Source: a virus. From it: a stretch of DNA of 64,000 nt. The position numbers were made by a program, and so were the translations under genes. The stretch spans positions 48,863 through 112,862 of the IMG/VR virus record IMGVR_UViG_3300033149_004566; one strand, 5' to 3'. Positions 9,232-19,159 of the stretch are shown in pieces. Under the pieces are notes generated by a model, which searched no databases, had not been told where the DNA came from, and saw nothing but the letters and a program-made list of their open reading frames with translations. How positions within the stretch are numbered: the stretch's first letter is position 1; every line of letters starts with the position of its first letter.

Positions 9232-10064
9232 AAACATTACCCATTTATACGTTGCAAGACACTCTAAATCCTGAAATTTGGATAGGAGATGGTAAAAATG
9301 CAAGATTGCGAAAAAAAATTAAAAATGTCATCATGGATTCCGTTCGTAAATCTTTGGATAAATACGGTGGTAAGCCAAAGCGTATCATCATCGTTGGCTC
9401 CTCTGTTGCTTATAGATGGCGAAAAGACGGTGATATTGACGTACACGTTGAGGGAAAATTTCCCATCAATGACTATGAGGTGGACGAATATAAAATACCC
9501 GGATCAAAATTGACTATAGAGGTGGTATTAACCAATCAAAAATTTCCCAGTACAACGCGCGCTGAGGGCGTTTATAACGTGGTGATGGATAAATGGATTA
9601 AAACTCCAGAACGATTTCCGGGCAAGGTTTATTGGGATCCATTAATAGAGGAAGCGTCTTCATGGGCTAGAAAGGTGGATCTCGATATGGGCGAATTAAA
9701 ACGCGATCTTCTCGAATATATTTTATATAAAGAGAATGGCGGCGACGAGTCTGCCCTTGCAAGAAAAGCCGACGAAATAAAATCCGATTTGAATAGCATT
9801 GTTGATACTTGGGATGCTCTAAAAAATGAAAGAACGAAGGCACTTTCCGGCGATTCCGACGACACGAGGTTTTTTAAAAATCCGAGCAAGTCATCCATGT
9901 TGCAACCGGAAAATTTGATATTTAAAATACTGCAGAGATTTCAGTACAACGATTTGATGAAGCGCGTGAAACAACTCGTCAGGGATCTTCAGGACGAGAC
10001 GAATTTTGATGTTATTGAGAGGATAATAACGAGATTTTTGAAGAAGGAAAGGTGGATTAAATGA
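9228..10064 (+). CDS. Pol-beta-superfamily nucleotidyltransferase
   Basis: LNPEIW, IIIVGSS.AYRW..DGDIDVH (GS..DxD), GVYNV..DKW. Confidence 0.85.
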   Translation: MKTLPIYTLQDTLNPEIWIGDGKNARLRKKIKNVIMDSVRKSLDKYGGKPKRIIIVGSSVAYRWRKDGDIDVHVEGKFPINDYEVDEYKIPGSKLTIEVVLTNQKFPSTTRAEGVYNVVMDKWIKTPERFPGKVYWDPLIEEASSWARKVDLDMGELKRDLLEYILYKENGGDESALARKADEIKSDLNSIVDTWDALKNERTKALSGDSDDTRFFKNPSKSSMLQPENLIFKILQRFQYNDLMKRVKQLVRDLQDETNFDVIERIITRFLKKERWIK

Positions 10065-10540
10065 ATAGGAAAGCCAAACTCATGCTCAAAGGTATGAACG
10101 AAAGAAATGCAAAGATTTCCAATGAATTAATGTCAATAGCCATACCCGGAGAACACGGCACGGGAATACCGGTTCTTCATCCGTATCAAAGATTGAGACA
10201 TTGGTATTTCAAGAAAAAAATGGAACAGGCCAAAAAATTGGCAAAAAAATATAAAGAAGGAACTCCTGAATACAGGGCATACATGGATGCATTTAATGTT
10301 GCAGTTGGTAAAACTTTAGCGGCTTATAGAAAGAGCCGCGATCTGACTTTCCCGATGATGGCCGAGTTTGAAGAATTAAAAGAAAAATTGGAAAGATTTG
10401 CGTGTCCTAAAAGTGGTGAACGCAGCGGTTATAACGTTCATGCTGTTTGTACTGAAAGTGTATGCGGCGACGCAGAAGACGTGGAAAAATGTAGAGAATC
10501 TGATAAATATAAGAGATGTACTGAAAAGGTAGGAAAATGA
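10061..10540 (+). CDS. Hypothetical protein, Cys-rich C-terminus
   Basis: Coupled ORF; NVHAVCTESV motif. Confidence 0.65.
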   Translation: MNRKAKLMLKGMNERNAKISNELMSIAIPGEHGTGIPVLHPYQRLRHWYFKKKMEQAKKLAKKYKEGTPEYRAYMDAFNVAVGKTLAAYRKSRDLTFPMMAEFEELKEKLERFACPKSGERSGYNVHAVCTESVCGDAEDVEKCRESDKYKRCTEKVGK

Positions 10541-10776
10541 TACGTAAAGCTCGCTCTAAAAGACCGTATAAGCCGTTAGATCTATCAAAACGCTTACAGA
10601 TAATGTTGATGGCAATGGAAGATTATTCAATATCTTCCATATCTAAAGAGTTACGTGTTGCTCGTAATACCGTTAAAAAGTATATTGAGCCAAAAGAGAA
10701 GGATAGAACTATGACCGACATTGTAGAAGTGGTCAAGGTCTTGACAAAAAACAAGAAAAAAACTCCATTAGAATGA
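10537..10776 (+). CDS. Helix-turn-helix protein
   Basis: YSISSISKELRVARNTVKKYI HTH pattern. Confidence 0.8.
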   Translation: MIRKARSKRPYKPLDLSKRLQIMLMAMEDYSISSISKELRVARNTVKKYIEPKEKDRTMTDIVEVVKVLTKNKKKTPLE

Positions 10777-10860
10777 CGTACAGGCGATTTTAACCATACT
10801 TAAAATGACTTATATGATTAATATTAGAGTTTTACGTTATTTTTAGTAATATACACTTGA
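10777..10860 (+). promoter_or_regulatory. AT-rich intergenic region, candidate promoter for the capsid genes
   Basis: Only sizeable gap in the head module; TTAAAA/TTATAT elements. Confidence 0.3.
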
Positions 10861-12093
10861 GTGATCTCGATGAAACATGATGAGTTGGAATACTACAATG
10901 AGCCAAAAATTACGAGTCTGGAGAGAAAAGGTAACAGTTTGATATTTGAAACCGTTACTCTCACGGATAAGTACGTGCCTACAAACGTTCTTAAAGAAAA
11001 TTACAACACAATAGAAAATAAAGAAATGAGATGGCGGCATTTACCTCCGGAAGAGAATGCGAGTTCTTTTATAGGGGTGGTAAAAAATGCCAGGCTTGAA
11101 GAGATCACTGATAAGTCTGGCGATAAAGTGACGGCGTTGATTACTAAAAATGAAATCTTTGGTAACACGAAGTCGCAAAAAAAAGCACAATCTCTGATAG
11201 AAAAATGTTATGAAAACGGCGAGGGCGTTTGTGGTGTAAGTGCCGGCTTTGTTAAATTATCTGATGATGATGGTAATGTTGTCGGCATGCATATAAGAGA
11301 ATTGAGTCTTACACCGAGACCTAAATGTAAGGAATGTGGTGTGTTGACTCCAGAAGGTGTCGTATTAGAGATGACAGATAAGTTAAAAGAACATTATAAA
11401 CCAGACATTGGCGACTCGCAAAAACCAAAAGGACACATGGAAGGCGGACAAAAAACATCTTCTGCCAAGTCCGACGTTGGAAGCGGAGTCAACGAAGAGT
11501 CTGGAAAACAGAAAAATAAAAAGAAAAAATTGAAACCATCTTCATATGGCATGGAAGACGATGAAAGTCTTCATGGTGCCATAGGGGTGTACGAAAAGAT
11601 GAACAAGGTTTTAGAAAATAGGAACATTGAACTCGAAGTTCTTTCCGAAGAGCTGGTAAGTAGGGTTGAATCTTATGAATCAAAAATAAAGCAATTGGAA
11701 GATTTATTGGTTCAGTCTACCGCTTATATTGAAGAGCTTGAGGATAAGAATGAAAAACTTGCTACGATTCCATTACGTATGAGAATTGCGGAACTAAAAG
11801 GCTTGGAAGATCCCGAAGAAATTAAAGAAGTTCTTGAACGATATGAAGACAGATCATTCGATTATTTAGTCGATATAGTTGAAGAATTGGAAGATTTGAA
11901 ATCTGAAGGGCAGGACAAGATTATAGCGGAAGAGTACGAGGAAAAACAACCCGATAAACAGGTAGCAATTGCCATGGAAGAAGAACAGGTCGTACAATTT
12001 GAAGATTTGACGGATCCCAATGACATATTAAAACATGCCGGTTTTTCGGAATATGAAATACAGCAAATTTCACGGGGAGCATCTGTTAGGTGA
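10861..12093 (+). CDS. Prohead protease fused to coiled-coil scaffolding domain
   Basis: RWRH..IGVV..GVSAGF..RELSLTPRP resembles HK97-type protease; acidic heptad C-terminus; lies before cement and capsid genes. Confidence 0.8.
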   Translation: MISMKHDELEYYNEPKITSLERKGNSLIFETVTLTDKYVPTNVLKENYNTIENKEMRWRHLPPEENASSFIGVVKNARLEEITDKSGDKVTALITKNEIFGNTKSQKKAQSLIEKCYENGEGVCGVSAGFVKLSDDDGNVVGMHIRELSLTPRPKCKECGVLTPEGVVLEMTDKLKEHYKPDIGDSQKPKGHMEGGQKTSSAKSDVGSGVNEESGKQKNKKKKLKPSSYGMEDDESLHGAIGVYEKMNKVLENRNIELEVLSEELVSRVESYESKIKQLEDLLVQSTAYIEELEDKNEKLATIPLRMRIAELKGLEDPEEIKEVLERYEDRSFDYLVDIVEELEDLKSEGQDKIIAEEYEEKQPDKQVAIAMEEEQVVQFEDLTDPNDILKHAGFSEYEIQQISRGASVR

Positions 12094-12098
12094 TTTAA

Positions 12099-12527
12099 AT
12101 GACAAATGTAAATTACATATTGAAACGAGATTTTCCGATCACGTTTGAAGCCACCGCAACAGAAGATTTGGGTATGGATAGTACCGGCAAAACATGGCCG
12201 GAAGCACCGGATACGACTGTTGGGTTATTGCTTCAATTTACAGGCGACGATCAGGTGGGATTGTGCGATCCGTCCAGTGGAACGTACTTTGCTGGAGTTA
12301 GTGAAATTCCAGTTTATTCCGGGCAAAAAGCCACGGTTAGAACATCAGGAATCATTTTGGTTGTTGCTGGCGAAACAATAGTCGCGGGACAACACGTGAA
12401 AGTTGACGAATCCACGTCTCAACGAGTTGCAGTAGCAGGCGCAACGGAAGCCACCAAGATTATTGGTAGAGCAATAACTGGCGGAAACGACGGAGACACG
12501 ATAAAAATCTTATTGAGAGGTTATTAA
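12099..12527 (+). CDS. Capsid cement/decoration protein (DUF2190-like)
   Basis: FAGVS..V..GQKATVRTSG..VVAGETIVAGQ.V..IIGRAITGG.DGD.I.ILL; GGTGA RBS; precedes capsid gene. Confidence 0.75.
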   Translation: MTNVNYILKRDFPITFEATATEDLGMDSTGKTWPEAPDTTVGLLLQFTGDDQVGLCDPSSGTYFAGVSEIPVYSGQKATVRTSGIILVVAGETIVAGQHVKVDESTSQRVAVAGATEATKIIGRAITGGNDGDTIKILLRGY

Positions 12528-12528
12528 C

Positions 12529-13467
12529 ATGAGTGTTACACATTTAGCTAATACAGCATTACATCCGAGAGTTATTCTTGCAATCGCTGTAAAGCGAGCG
12601 CAGGGTGCGATGATCAGTACCGATTTCTTACCGGAACGTCCAGTAAATAATAAGGTATTTGAATATCGCGAGTACGGTCAAACAGATCGTGAAATCGGAA
12701 CGTTGGCTCCGGAAGTAAATGAAGGCGATACTACACCATTGGACAAACTTGGATACGAGATGCGAGTTAAACGAGCAAAGGAAATACGTTTGGGAACTCT
12801 AATTACAGAACAAGCACAAAAGTTCTTGTTTAGAGATGTGGTTAAAGACCACGTAACATATATTACGGATCGAATTGCTCTTAAACAGGAATCTATGGCA
12901 TTCGACGAATTATTTGAGGTAAGTTCTGTAACCGGTGCTTTAAAAACGACTAAAGATCTGACAACGTCATGGGACGAAACCGATGCCGAAATCCTTAACG
13001 ATTTAGCCGATGCTAAGAAACGGTTTAGGGATATTGCTCACGTCATTCCGGATTCTTTGGTTGTTGGTAGCGATGGTGAGAATGCTTTACTAAAGTCAGT
13101 TGAAATGAAATTATGGAGATATTCCGGGCCTTTCACTCAAACACCGATCATTGAAGGAACGATTGGTCGTCTTAGGGGATTGGACGTGTGGGTTACGGAT
13201 GCGGTTAAATTAAAAGATAATACAGATCCTACGGCTGGATTAATTCCGATTGTTCAGGATCGCGTTTTGGTCACGCGAAGAGGGCCAGATCTGGGTTTTA
13301 CTGCTATTGCCGAACCTTTTAATTCGCGACGAATTCCCAAGCCAGGTCGTCGATCCATCATGCTTCAAATGTTTAAGACATTTTTACCGGTGATCATACG
13401 ACCCAGGCGCATCTACATAATTAACAATATCAGTTCGTCTTTATCAACTGATACTGCTTTATCGTAA
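12529..13467 (+). CDS. Major capsid protein, HK97 fold
   Basis: APEVNEG E-loop, PDSLVVG, GTIGRLRGLDVWVT; position; followed by terminator-like hairpin. Confidence 0.88.
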   Translation: MSVTHLANTALHPRVILAIAVKRAQGAMISTDFLPERPVNNKVFEYREYGQTDREIGTLAPEVNEGDTTPLDKLGYEMRVKRAKEIRLGTLITEQAQKFLFRDVVKDHVTYITDRIALKQESMAFDELFEVSSVTGALKTTKDLTTSWDETDAEILNDLADAKKRFRDIAHVIPDSLVVGSDGENALLKSVEMKLWRYSGPFTQTPIIEGTIGRLRGLDVWVTDAVKLKDNTDPTAGLIPIVQDRVLVTRRGPDLGFTAIAEPFNSRRIPKPGRRSIMLQMFKTFLPVIIRPRRIYIINNISSSLSTDTALS

Positions 13468-13492
13468 AATGCCACCAGGCATTTATTTTTTT
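13467..13492 (+). terminator. Hairpin plus T-tract after capsid gene
   Basis: AAATGCC-ACCA-GGCATTT followed by ATTTTTTT. Confidence 0.5.
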
Positions 13493-13511
13493 ATATTAAG
13501 GAGGCTGTTAT

Positions 13512-14690
13512 ATGAAAAGAATACTTTTTTGTTCCGATAGTCCACTTGTAAATAGTGGGTTCGGACACCAATTACACGGTATATTGACGGGATTGAAACA
13601 ATTATATCCCGGAGCATACGATTTACATTGTATCGGATGGCAATACGTTGGCAGGCGATTGAATGTTGACGGATATACATTGTGGTCTAGAAGTGCCATG
13701 GGGTTTGGTGTTGACGTTACATCCGATTACTTGAATATATTAAAACCGGATATTTTATTTACTTTGGGCGATTTATGGATGATTGAATGGTTGACAAACG
13801 TAGATAGAGATTGTCCTTGGGTCGCTTATTATCCGCTTGATGGCACGCCGTTGCCGAAAAGATGGGTTGAAATAATTAAAAAAATGGATTATCCGGTAGT
13901 TTTTTCAAAATTTGCTTTAAATTTATGTAGAAAAGCCGGATTACGGCCTTATTACATACCGCATCATGTCGATACAAGCGTTTTCTTTCGCTTACCAGAT
14001 GAGACAAGATCCAAGTTAAAGGAAAAGTACGGCATTCCGCCGGATAAAAAGGTAATATTGACGGTTGCACGTCCCAATCCGAGAAAAAAATTGCATCTCG
14101 CGTGTAGAGCTCTGGACTTGTTGTATAAAAAAAGACAGGATTGGGTTTGGTATTATCACGGTGATATGGCTCACGATAAGATGTTGAGCAAGGGAACGTT
14201 CAAGGACGAATTGGAATATTCTTTATTCTATAAAAATGGCGCGTTTAAGAGATCTCATTTTAATTATTTCATGGGCGTGTCGGACGCGCATTTGAACGAA
14301 ATATATAACATGGCTGACGTTTATTTCATGCCAACTGGCGGCGAAGGATTTGGATTAACAGTTTTAGAGGCTGGAATGACCGGGTTACCATCCGTTTTAA
14401 CCGATTATACAACGTCAAGAGAGTTAATTGAGGGCAGAGGAGAATTGATAAATGTTAGATCTTATTCGCCCGATGGAAACTCCGAAGGCGTGTTAAAGGC
14501 CAATATAGATATTTACGATGCGGTAGAAAAACTCGACACGATGCTGTCGAATGATGATTTGAGAAAAGAATACGGTTATAAATGTCAGGAAGAATTCATC
14601 AAGTATGAAAAAATGCTGATAATGCCGATGTGGCACGAATTATTTTCAAAAATAAATTACAATTTGGTGGCTCCGGAATGGCAAGAATAA
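13512..14690 (+). CDS. Glycosyltransferase, GT4/GT-B
   Basis: SDSP..SGFG, IPHHVDT, VARPNPRKK, YNMADVYFMPTGGEGFGLTVLEA. Confidence 0.93.
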   Translation: MKRILFCSDSPLVNSGFGHQLHGILTGLKQLYPGAYDLHCIGWQYVGRRLNVDGYTLWSRSAMGFGVDVTSDYLNILKPDILFTLGDLWMIEWLTNVDRDCPWVAYYPLDGTPLPKRWVEIIKKMDYPVVFSKFALNLCRKAGLRPYYIPHHVDTSVFFRLPDETRSKLKEKYGIPPDKKVILTVARPNPRKKLHLACRALDLLYKKRQDWVWYYHGDMAHDKMLSKGTFKDELEYSLFYKNGAFKRSHFNYFMGVSDAHLNEIYNMADVYFMPTGGEGFGLTVLEAGMTGLPSVLTDYTTSRELIEGRGELINVRSYSPDGNSEGVLKANIDIYDAVEKLDTMLSNDDLRKEYGYKCQEEFIKYEKMLIMPMWHELFSKINYNLVAPEWQE

Positions 14691-15787
14691 ATCTGACATA
14701 TATGGGACAGGTGGACGATCCATCCGGATATGGTAATGTTGCAAGAAATTACGTGGAAGAGCTTGCAAGAAGAAAAAATATAATTGATTTGAAAGTAATT
14801 CCTATCAATTTCATGCCTAGGTTAAAATGGTCTGAAGAACATCGGGATTTATTATTTAAAGATGGCGATAAAAAAGATATTGTAATACATCATATGACTC
14901 CTGACAATTGGAAAAGTGCGCCGGGAAGAATAAACATAGGATATGCTGCGTGGGAAACTAATATGATTCCGAGATATTGGTTGCCGCACTGCATGATGAT
15001 GGACGAAATATGGACACCGAGCGAATATTCCAGGCAAGCTTTTATTAATTCTGGCATACCTCCAAAAAAAGTGATAGTGATTCCGCACGGGGTTGACGTC
15101 GATAAATTTTCTCCAAATGATATTGCCAAGCTTCAGATGTTAAACAAGGAAAATTTTAATTTTCTTTCGGTATTTCAATGGAATTGGAGAAAAGGATACG
15201 ACGTGTTGTTGAAAGCGTATTTTAGAGAATTTGAAGACGATAGAGACGTGTCTTTAATATTAAAGACGTACGGATTTAACGAATCGGCAGCGGAAAATAA
15301 TAGAATACGAAAAGAGATAATGCATATAAAAGACATGACGATCGGCAACAAAAAAGGCCCGAAAGTGATTTTTATTCGAGGATTTTTACCAATGCCGGAG
15401 TATCTTTATCGTGCATCTGATTGTTTTGTTTTGCCCGCAAGATCTGAAGCGTGGGGCGTCACGTATTTGGAAGCCATGGGTTGTGGAGTTCCGGTGATTT
15501 CCACTAGATATGGTGGACAATTGGAATTTTTAAATGATGACAATTCCATGCTTGTCGAAATCGATGGCGAGGTGCCATGCATGAACATGCACGGTTACAA
15601 ATGGTACGAGCCAACTATGGTTTGGGCCGAACCGAGCGTGACAGATCTGATGGAAAAAATGAGATACATGCGTGAAAACGTGTGGCAGCGCGAAAAAATC
15701 GTTAAAAAAGGCCTTGAAACTGTAGAAAGATGGTCATGGAGTAATGCCGTGAATAAAATTATAACTAGATTAAAGAAAATAACGTGA
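14678..15787 (+). CDS. Glycosyltransferase, GT4/GT-B
   Basis: SGYG, AWET, IPHGVD, RKGYDVLLKAY, SDCFVLPARSEAWGVTYLEAMGCGVPVI; ATG 14678 preferred over track start 14630. Confidence 0.93.
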   Translation: MARINLTYMGQVDDPSGYGNVARNYVEELARRKNIIDLKVIPINFMPRLKWSEEHRDLLFKDGDKKDIVIHHMTPDNWKSAPGRINIGYAAWETNMIPRYWLPHCMMMDEIWTPSEYSRQAFINSGIPPKKVIVIPHGVDVDKFSPNDIAKLQMLNKENFNFLSVFQWNWRKGYDVLLKAYFREFEDDRDVSLILKTYGFNESAAENNRIRKEIMHIKDMTIGNKKGPKVIFIRGFLPMPEYLYRASDCFVLPARSEAWGVTYLEAMGCGVPVISTRYGGQLEFLNDDNSMLVEIDGEVPCMNMHGYKWYEPTMVWAEPSVTDLMEKMRYMRENVWQREKIVKKGLETVERWSWSNAVNKIITRLKKIT

Positions 15788-15792
15788 TATAA

Positions 15793-16272
15793 ATGGAGCG
15801 GGCTTTATTATGTACAACTCCTCGTCCTTATACGGGAACTTTTGACATAGATACGGGCGAATTTGATCCTCTTTCTGAACACGTTGAATACATTTCATTG
15901 CCTTCTTCTGATTTTAAATTTGGATTCTTAAAAGGGCATCAAAGTGAGTCAGCGGCGTGTCTTAAAAGACATCCAACATTTATTATGTTTACTACTGATA
16001 TAAATTTTGGAAACTCGATGAGTCCTGATGAAAAAGTTTATTATATTTATGGATACCTCTTTAAGTCGTGGCAATTGAATGGATATTGGTATCAATACGA
16101 CCAGAAACTCTCACCCGATGAGTTTTATGGAACTGTTGCGGGTGGAAGTTGGAGGAGCAGGATAAAGTCTTGCTTTATAGAAAATGATAATATAAAGATA
16201 ACCTGGTATAATCCAGGAACTGCAAACAAGTCGAGAGCATATTTTAAGGGGTCGTATTTTGTCTGGAGATAA
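15793..16272 (+). CDS. Hypothetical beta-rich (structural?) protein
   Basis: ORF within the glycosyltransferase cluster. Confidence 0.6.
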   Translation: MERALLCTTPRPYTGTFDIDTGEFDPLSEHVEYISLPSSDFKFGFLKGHQSESAACLKRHPTFIMFTTDINFGNSMSPDEKVYYIYGYLFKSWQLNGYWYQYDQKLSPDEFYGTVAGGSWRSRIKSCFIENDNIKITWYNPGTANKSRAYFKGSYFVWR

Positions 16273-17434
16273 GTTAAAAGTATTAATGTTGTTGAGAGAA
16301 GACGTGGAAATGCCGTCTGGTGGGATGGGAGTCCATGTTATAAATATTATCAAGTATCTAAAGAATGACTTTGACATTACTATTGGGTGTCTTGCTTGTG
16401 ACCAAGTAACGTTAGTCAAGAAATGGAACGATTGTAGGTTATTAAAAATTGGATGCGAAAATACAATTAATAATACCCTTGAAATGCCGCTCACCGAGGA
16501 AATAATTGAATATAATATTCTTATGAAAATTTTTAGCACGTTTATGAAAGATTGGAAATTTGATATTATCCATATCCATGATAGTCCATTTTGGTTTTGG
16601 GTGTCTAATTTACTTGCACCTTATTATAACTCATCGGTTGTGATGACGGTTCATCTTTCTTATTTTCTCTCGATTACAGCTCCCGATCCTATGAATTACG
16701 CGTTTGAGTTTTATTCTTATCATGTACAAAAAGAAGGACAAGCAATAAACTATTGTGATAATTTGGTAACCGTGTCAAAAAAATATGCGAATTCTTTGAA
16801 GACTTTATTAATTAATGGAAAAAAAATTCACGTCATTCCAAATGGCGTGAATTATGACGAATTGAATAAGGTCAAATATGATAAAAAATTAAAAGAAATT
16901 TTTACCAATGGAAGAAAACTAGCGGTATTCGTGGGGCGAACGGTTTGGACAAAAGGAATTGATATGATATTAGACATTGTTTCCGAATTTCCTGATTATA
17001 ATTTTGTCTTTATTTCTAATATTTCGCCAACACTAGAGCCAATTGTTCCACTTATAGGAAGGATTATAAAATTAATGGATGAGTATGATAACTTGATTTG
17101 GCTTAGAGATGTTGATGATGAAATGAAGTTTAAGATAATGAAAGTAGCAGACGTGGGACTTATGCCATCAATTCATGAACCATTTGGAATTGTGGCTTTA
17201 GAATGGATGGCACTTGGAATTCCATTAATTGTAAGTAATTTAGTTCCACCATGTAATGATGATAATTCTATTTTGATTGAACCAAATTCGGAAGCTTTGG
17301 CTGCTGCTTTGAGAAAATTTGATCCAGATACATACCCCAATTACAAACGACATAATGGAAAAATGAATGCACGTAAACATAGTTGGGATGCAACGGCATC
17401 TAAACTAAAAGAGGTTTATGTTAAATGCCGATAG
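16259..17434 (+). CDS. Glycosyltransferase, GT4/GT-B
   Basis: GGMGVHV, DIIHIHD, IPNGV, FVGR..KGID, PSIHEPFGIVALEWMALGIP. Confidence 0.93.
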   Translation: MSGDKLKVLMLLREDVEMPSGGMGVHVINIIKYLKNDFDITIGCLACDQVTLVKKWNDCRLLKIGCENTINNTLEMPLTEEIIEYNILMKIFSTFMKDWKFDIIHIHDSPFWFWVSNLLAPYYNSSVVMTVHLSYFLSITAPDPMNYAFEFYSYHVQKEGQAINYCDNLVTVSKKYANSLKTLLINGKKIHVIPNGVNYDELNKVKYDKKLKEIFTNGRKLAVFVGRTVWTKGIDMILDIVSEFPDYNFVFISNISPTLEPIVPLIGRIIKLMDEYDNLIWLRDVDDEMKFKIMKVADVGLMPSIHEPFGIVALEWMALGIPLIVSNLVPPCNDDNSILIEPNSEALAAALRKFDPDTYPNYKRHNGKMNARKHSWDATASKLKEVYVKCR

Positions 17435-17580
17435 GTAAGATAATTTCAGTTAAGAAAGTTAAATGTGTTTGTGGATTTACTACTATGAATGGATGGATAA
17501 TAGAAGACGATATTATAAAAAAAATGAGATTTTGTAAAAATTGCGAGGCAGTGGTTGATAATAATGGAGATTATGTGTAA
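17425..17580 (+). CDS. 51-aa zinc-ribbon-like protein (absent from ORF track)
   Basis: MPIGKIISVKKVKCVCG...RFCKNCEAVVDNNGDYV*; GAGG upstream; stop abuts next ATG at 17581. Confidence 0.6.
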   Translation: MPIGKIISVKKVKCVCGFTTMNGWIIEDDIIKKMRFCKNCEAVVDNNGDYV

Positions 17581-17937
17581 ATGACAGACGAAGGACTGAT
17601 TGAACTAACCGAGTCGATTCAAGTAAATGATAGTTTAACGTTAACTCACGTGAGTATTTGTAATATCACTATTGAAGAGTCTAGACCGTGGGCTAACAAG
17701 TTGGGCTACTTTGACATTTGGCTTGCGTACGGATATTTACGTTCAGATGGACACATGGTAGAGCCAGAATATAACGGTTTAAATATAATAATAAGTGAAA
17801 AAGACGAATTATCAGAATTCAATGAATTGTATAATAAAGTTACAACGTTAAAGTCTATAATGCTCGACGTCAAATTAATAATAGGCCAATTTTTAATCGA
17901 TAAAGGTTATATTGTAGGAAATCTAATAATGGAGTAA
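17581..17937 (+). CDS. Hypothetical protein
   Basis: ORF in operon. Confidence 0.65.
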   Translation: MTDEGLIELTESIQVNDSLTLTHVSICNITIEESRPWANKLGYFDIWLAYGYLRSDGHMVEPEYNGLNIIISEKDELSEFNELYNKVTTLKSIMLDVKLIIGQFLIDKGYIVGNLIME

Positions 17938-17941
17938 TTTT

Positions 17942-19159
17942 ATGTCAACAGTAACATATTGGGCAGAATGGAGAGATGCTGATGGAAATCTAATAACAGG
18001 ACTTAGTCCTTCTATTACTATTTATGAACAGGGCAACCCATCCCCAGTAGTTAATGACTCCATGACAAGATTTGTTACAACGGCAATTGATGGTGTTTTT
18101 TATTATTCTTTTACTGGATTTGACGTGACAAAATTATATTATGCTGTTTGTGATGCTGGTTTAACATTGGCTGAATGGAATCGGTATAGAATTCCCAATA
18201 TGATTCATAATCACATATTTACAAAAATCAAGGACGTTGAAGTTGACACGCAGAGCATAGAAGGAAAAGTTGATACAATTGATACTATTGTTGATACAAT
18301 AAAATTAAAGACCGATAATTTACCATTAGATCCAGCAAGTGAAACTAATGTTGATGCTAATGAAGTAAAAATTGATATAATTAATACAAATGTGGGCTTA
18401 ATTTTACCAGAAACGAATAAAATTCAAAGCATTCTAGATGATACGTCAGCAATCGATTCGCGTCTTCCTTCTGATCCGGCTGATCAGAGCCAAGTCGAAG
18501 CGGCAATATCGGCGTCAGAAACTAACATAATAACCGAAGTAAATGAAAACGAGTCAAAAATAGATATAATTGACGCGATTGTCGATGCCATATTGCCCGA
18601 GACCAATAAAATACAGGGCGTTCTTGACGATACTTCTGCCATTGATGCGAGATTACCATCGGATCCGGCAGATCAAAGTCAGGTAGAAGCCGCAATAACT
18701 GCATCGGAAAACAACATACGGGGAGCCGATTCGGATACTTTAAAGACTTTATCAGACCAATTAGATATTGCACAAGCCGATTTAGACAATCCGGATCAAT
18801 ATAAGGCCGATGTTTCTCTTCTTGCGCTTGAAGCAACGTCGCAGATAATAAAAGGACATCTTGAAAACGGTACCTATGGTCTGGATGCTTTGAGAATTTT
18901 GATAGAGGCGATAGATACATCGGCCGAAACTAAAGCAAGGTTTGACGAAATTAAAGGTGCCGGATGGACTGATGAAACGTTAAAATCCATTCGTGACGCC
19001 ATAGCTACTTGTGGTAGCGTGTGGTCTACCGCAGAGAAGGATCAGGCATTGCAAGACTTGATCGATTTAAAAGGAGATCTCGGAGATGCGTCTGCGGATG
19101 GATCAACAGTATATAAAGAGGCGAAACAGGATGGTTTTCCATCAATTAGAGATGCTTGA
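17942..19159 (+). CDS. Fibre/whisker-like structural protein: Ig-like N-terminus plus coiled-coil repeats
   Basis: TGLSPSITI..GVFYYSF N-domain; LPxDPA repeats; duplicated 43-aa unit. Confidence 0.7.
   Translation: MSTVTYWAEWRDADGNLITGLSPSITIYEQGNPSPVVNDSMTRFVTTAIDGVFYYSFTGFDVTKLYYAVCDAGLTLAEWNRYRIPNMIHNHIFTKIKDVEVDTQSIEGKVDTIDTIVDTIKLKTDNLPLDPASETNVDANEVKIDIINTNVGLILPETNKIQSILDDTSAIDSRLPSDPADQSQVEAAISASETNIITEVNENESKIDIIDAIVDAILPETNKIQGVLDDTSAIDARLPSDPADQSQVEAAITASENNIRGADSDTLKTLSDQLDIAQADLDNPDQYKADVSLLALEATSQIIKGHLENGTYGLDALRILIEAIDTSAETKARFDEIKGAGWTDETLKSIRDAIATCGSVWSTAEKDQALQDLIDLKGDLGDASADGSTVYKEAKQDGFPSIRDA
18401..18718 (+). repeat. Intragenic duplication of a 43-codon unit (18401-18529 and 18590-18718)
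   Basis: ILPETNKIQSILDDTSAIDSRLPSDPADQSQVEAAISASETNI vs ILPETNKIQGVLDDTSAIDARLPSDPADQSQVEAAITASENNI. Confidence 0.9.
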
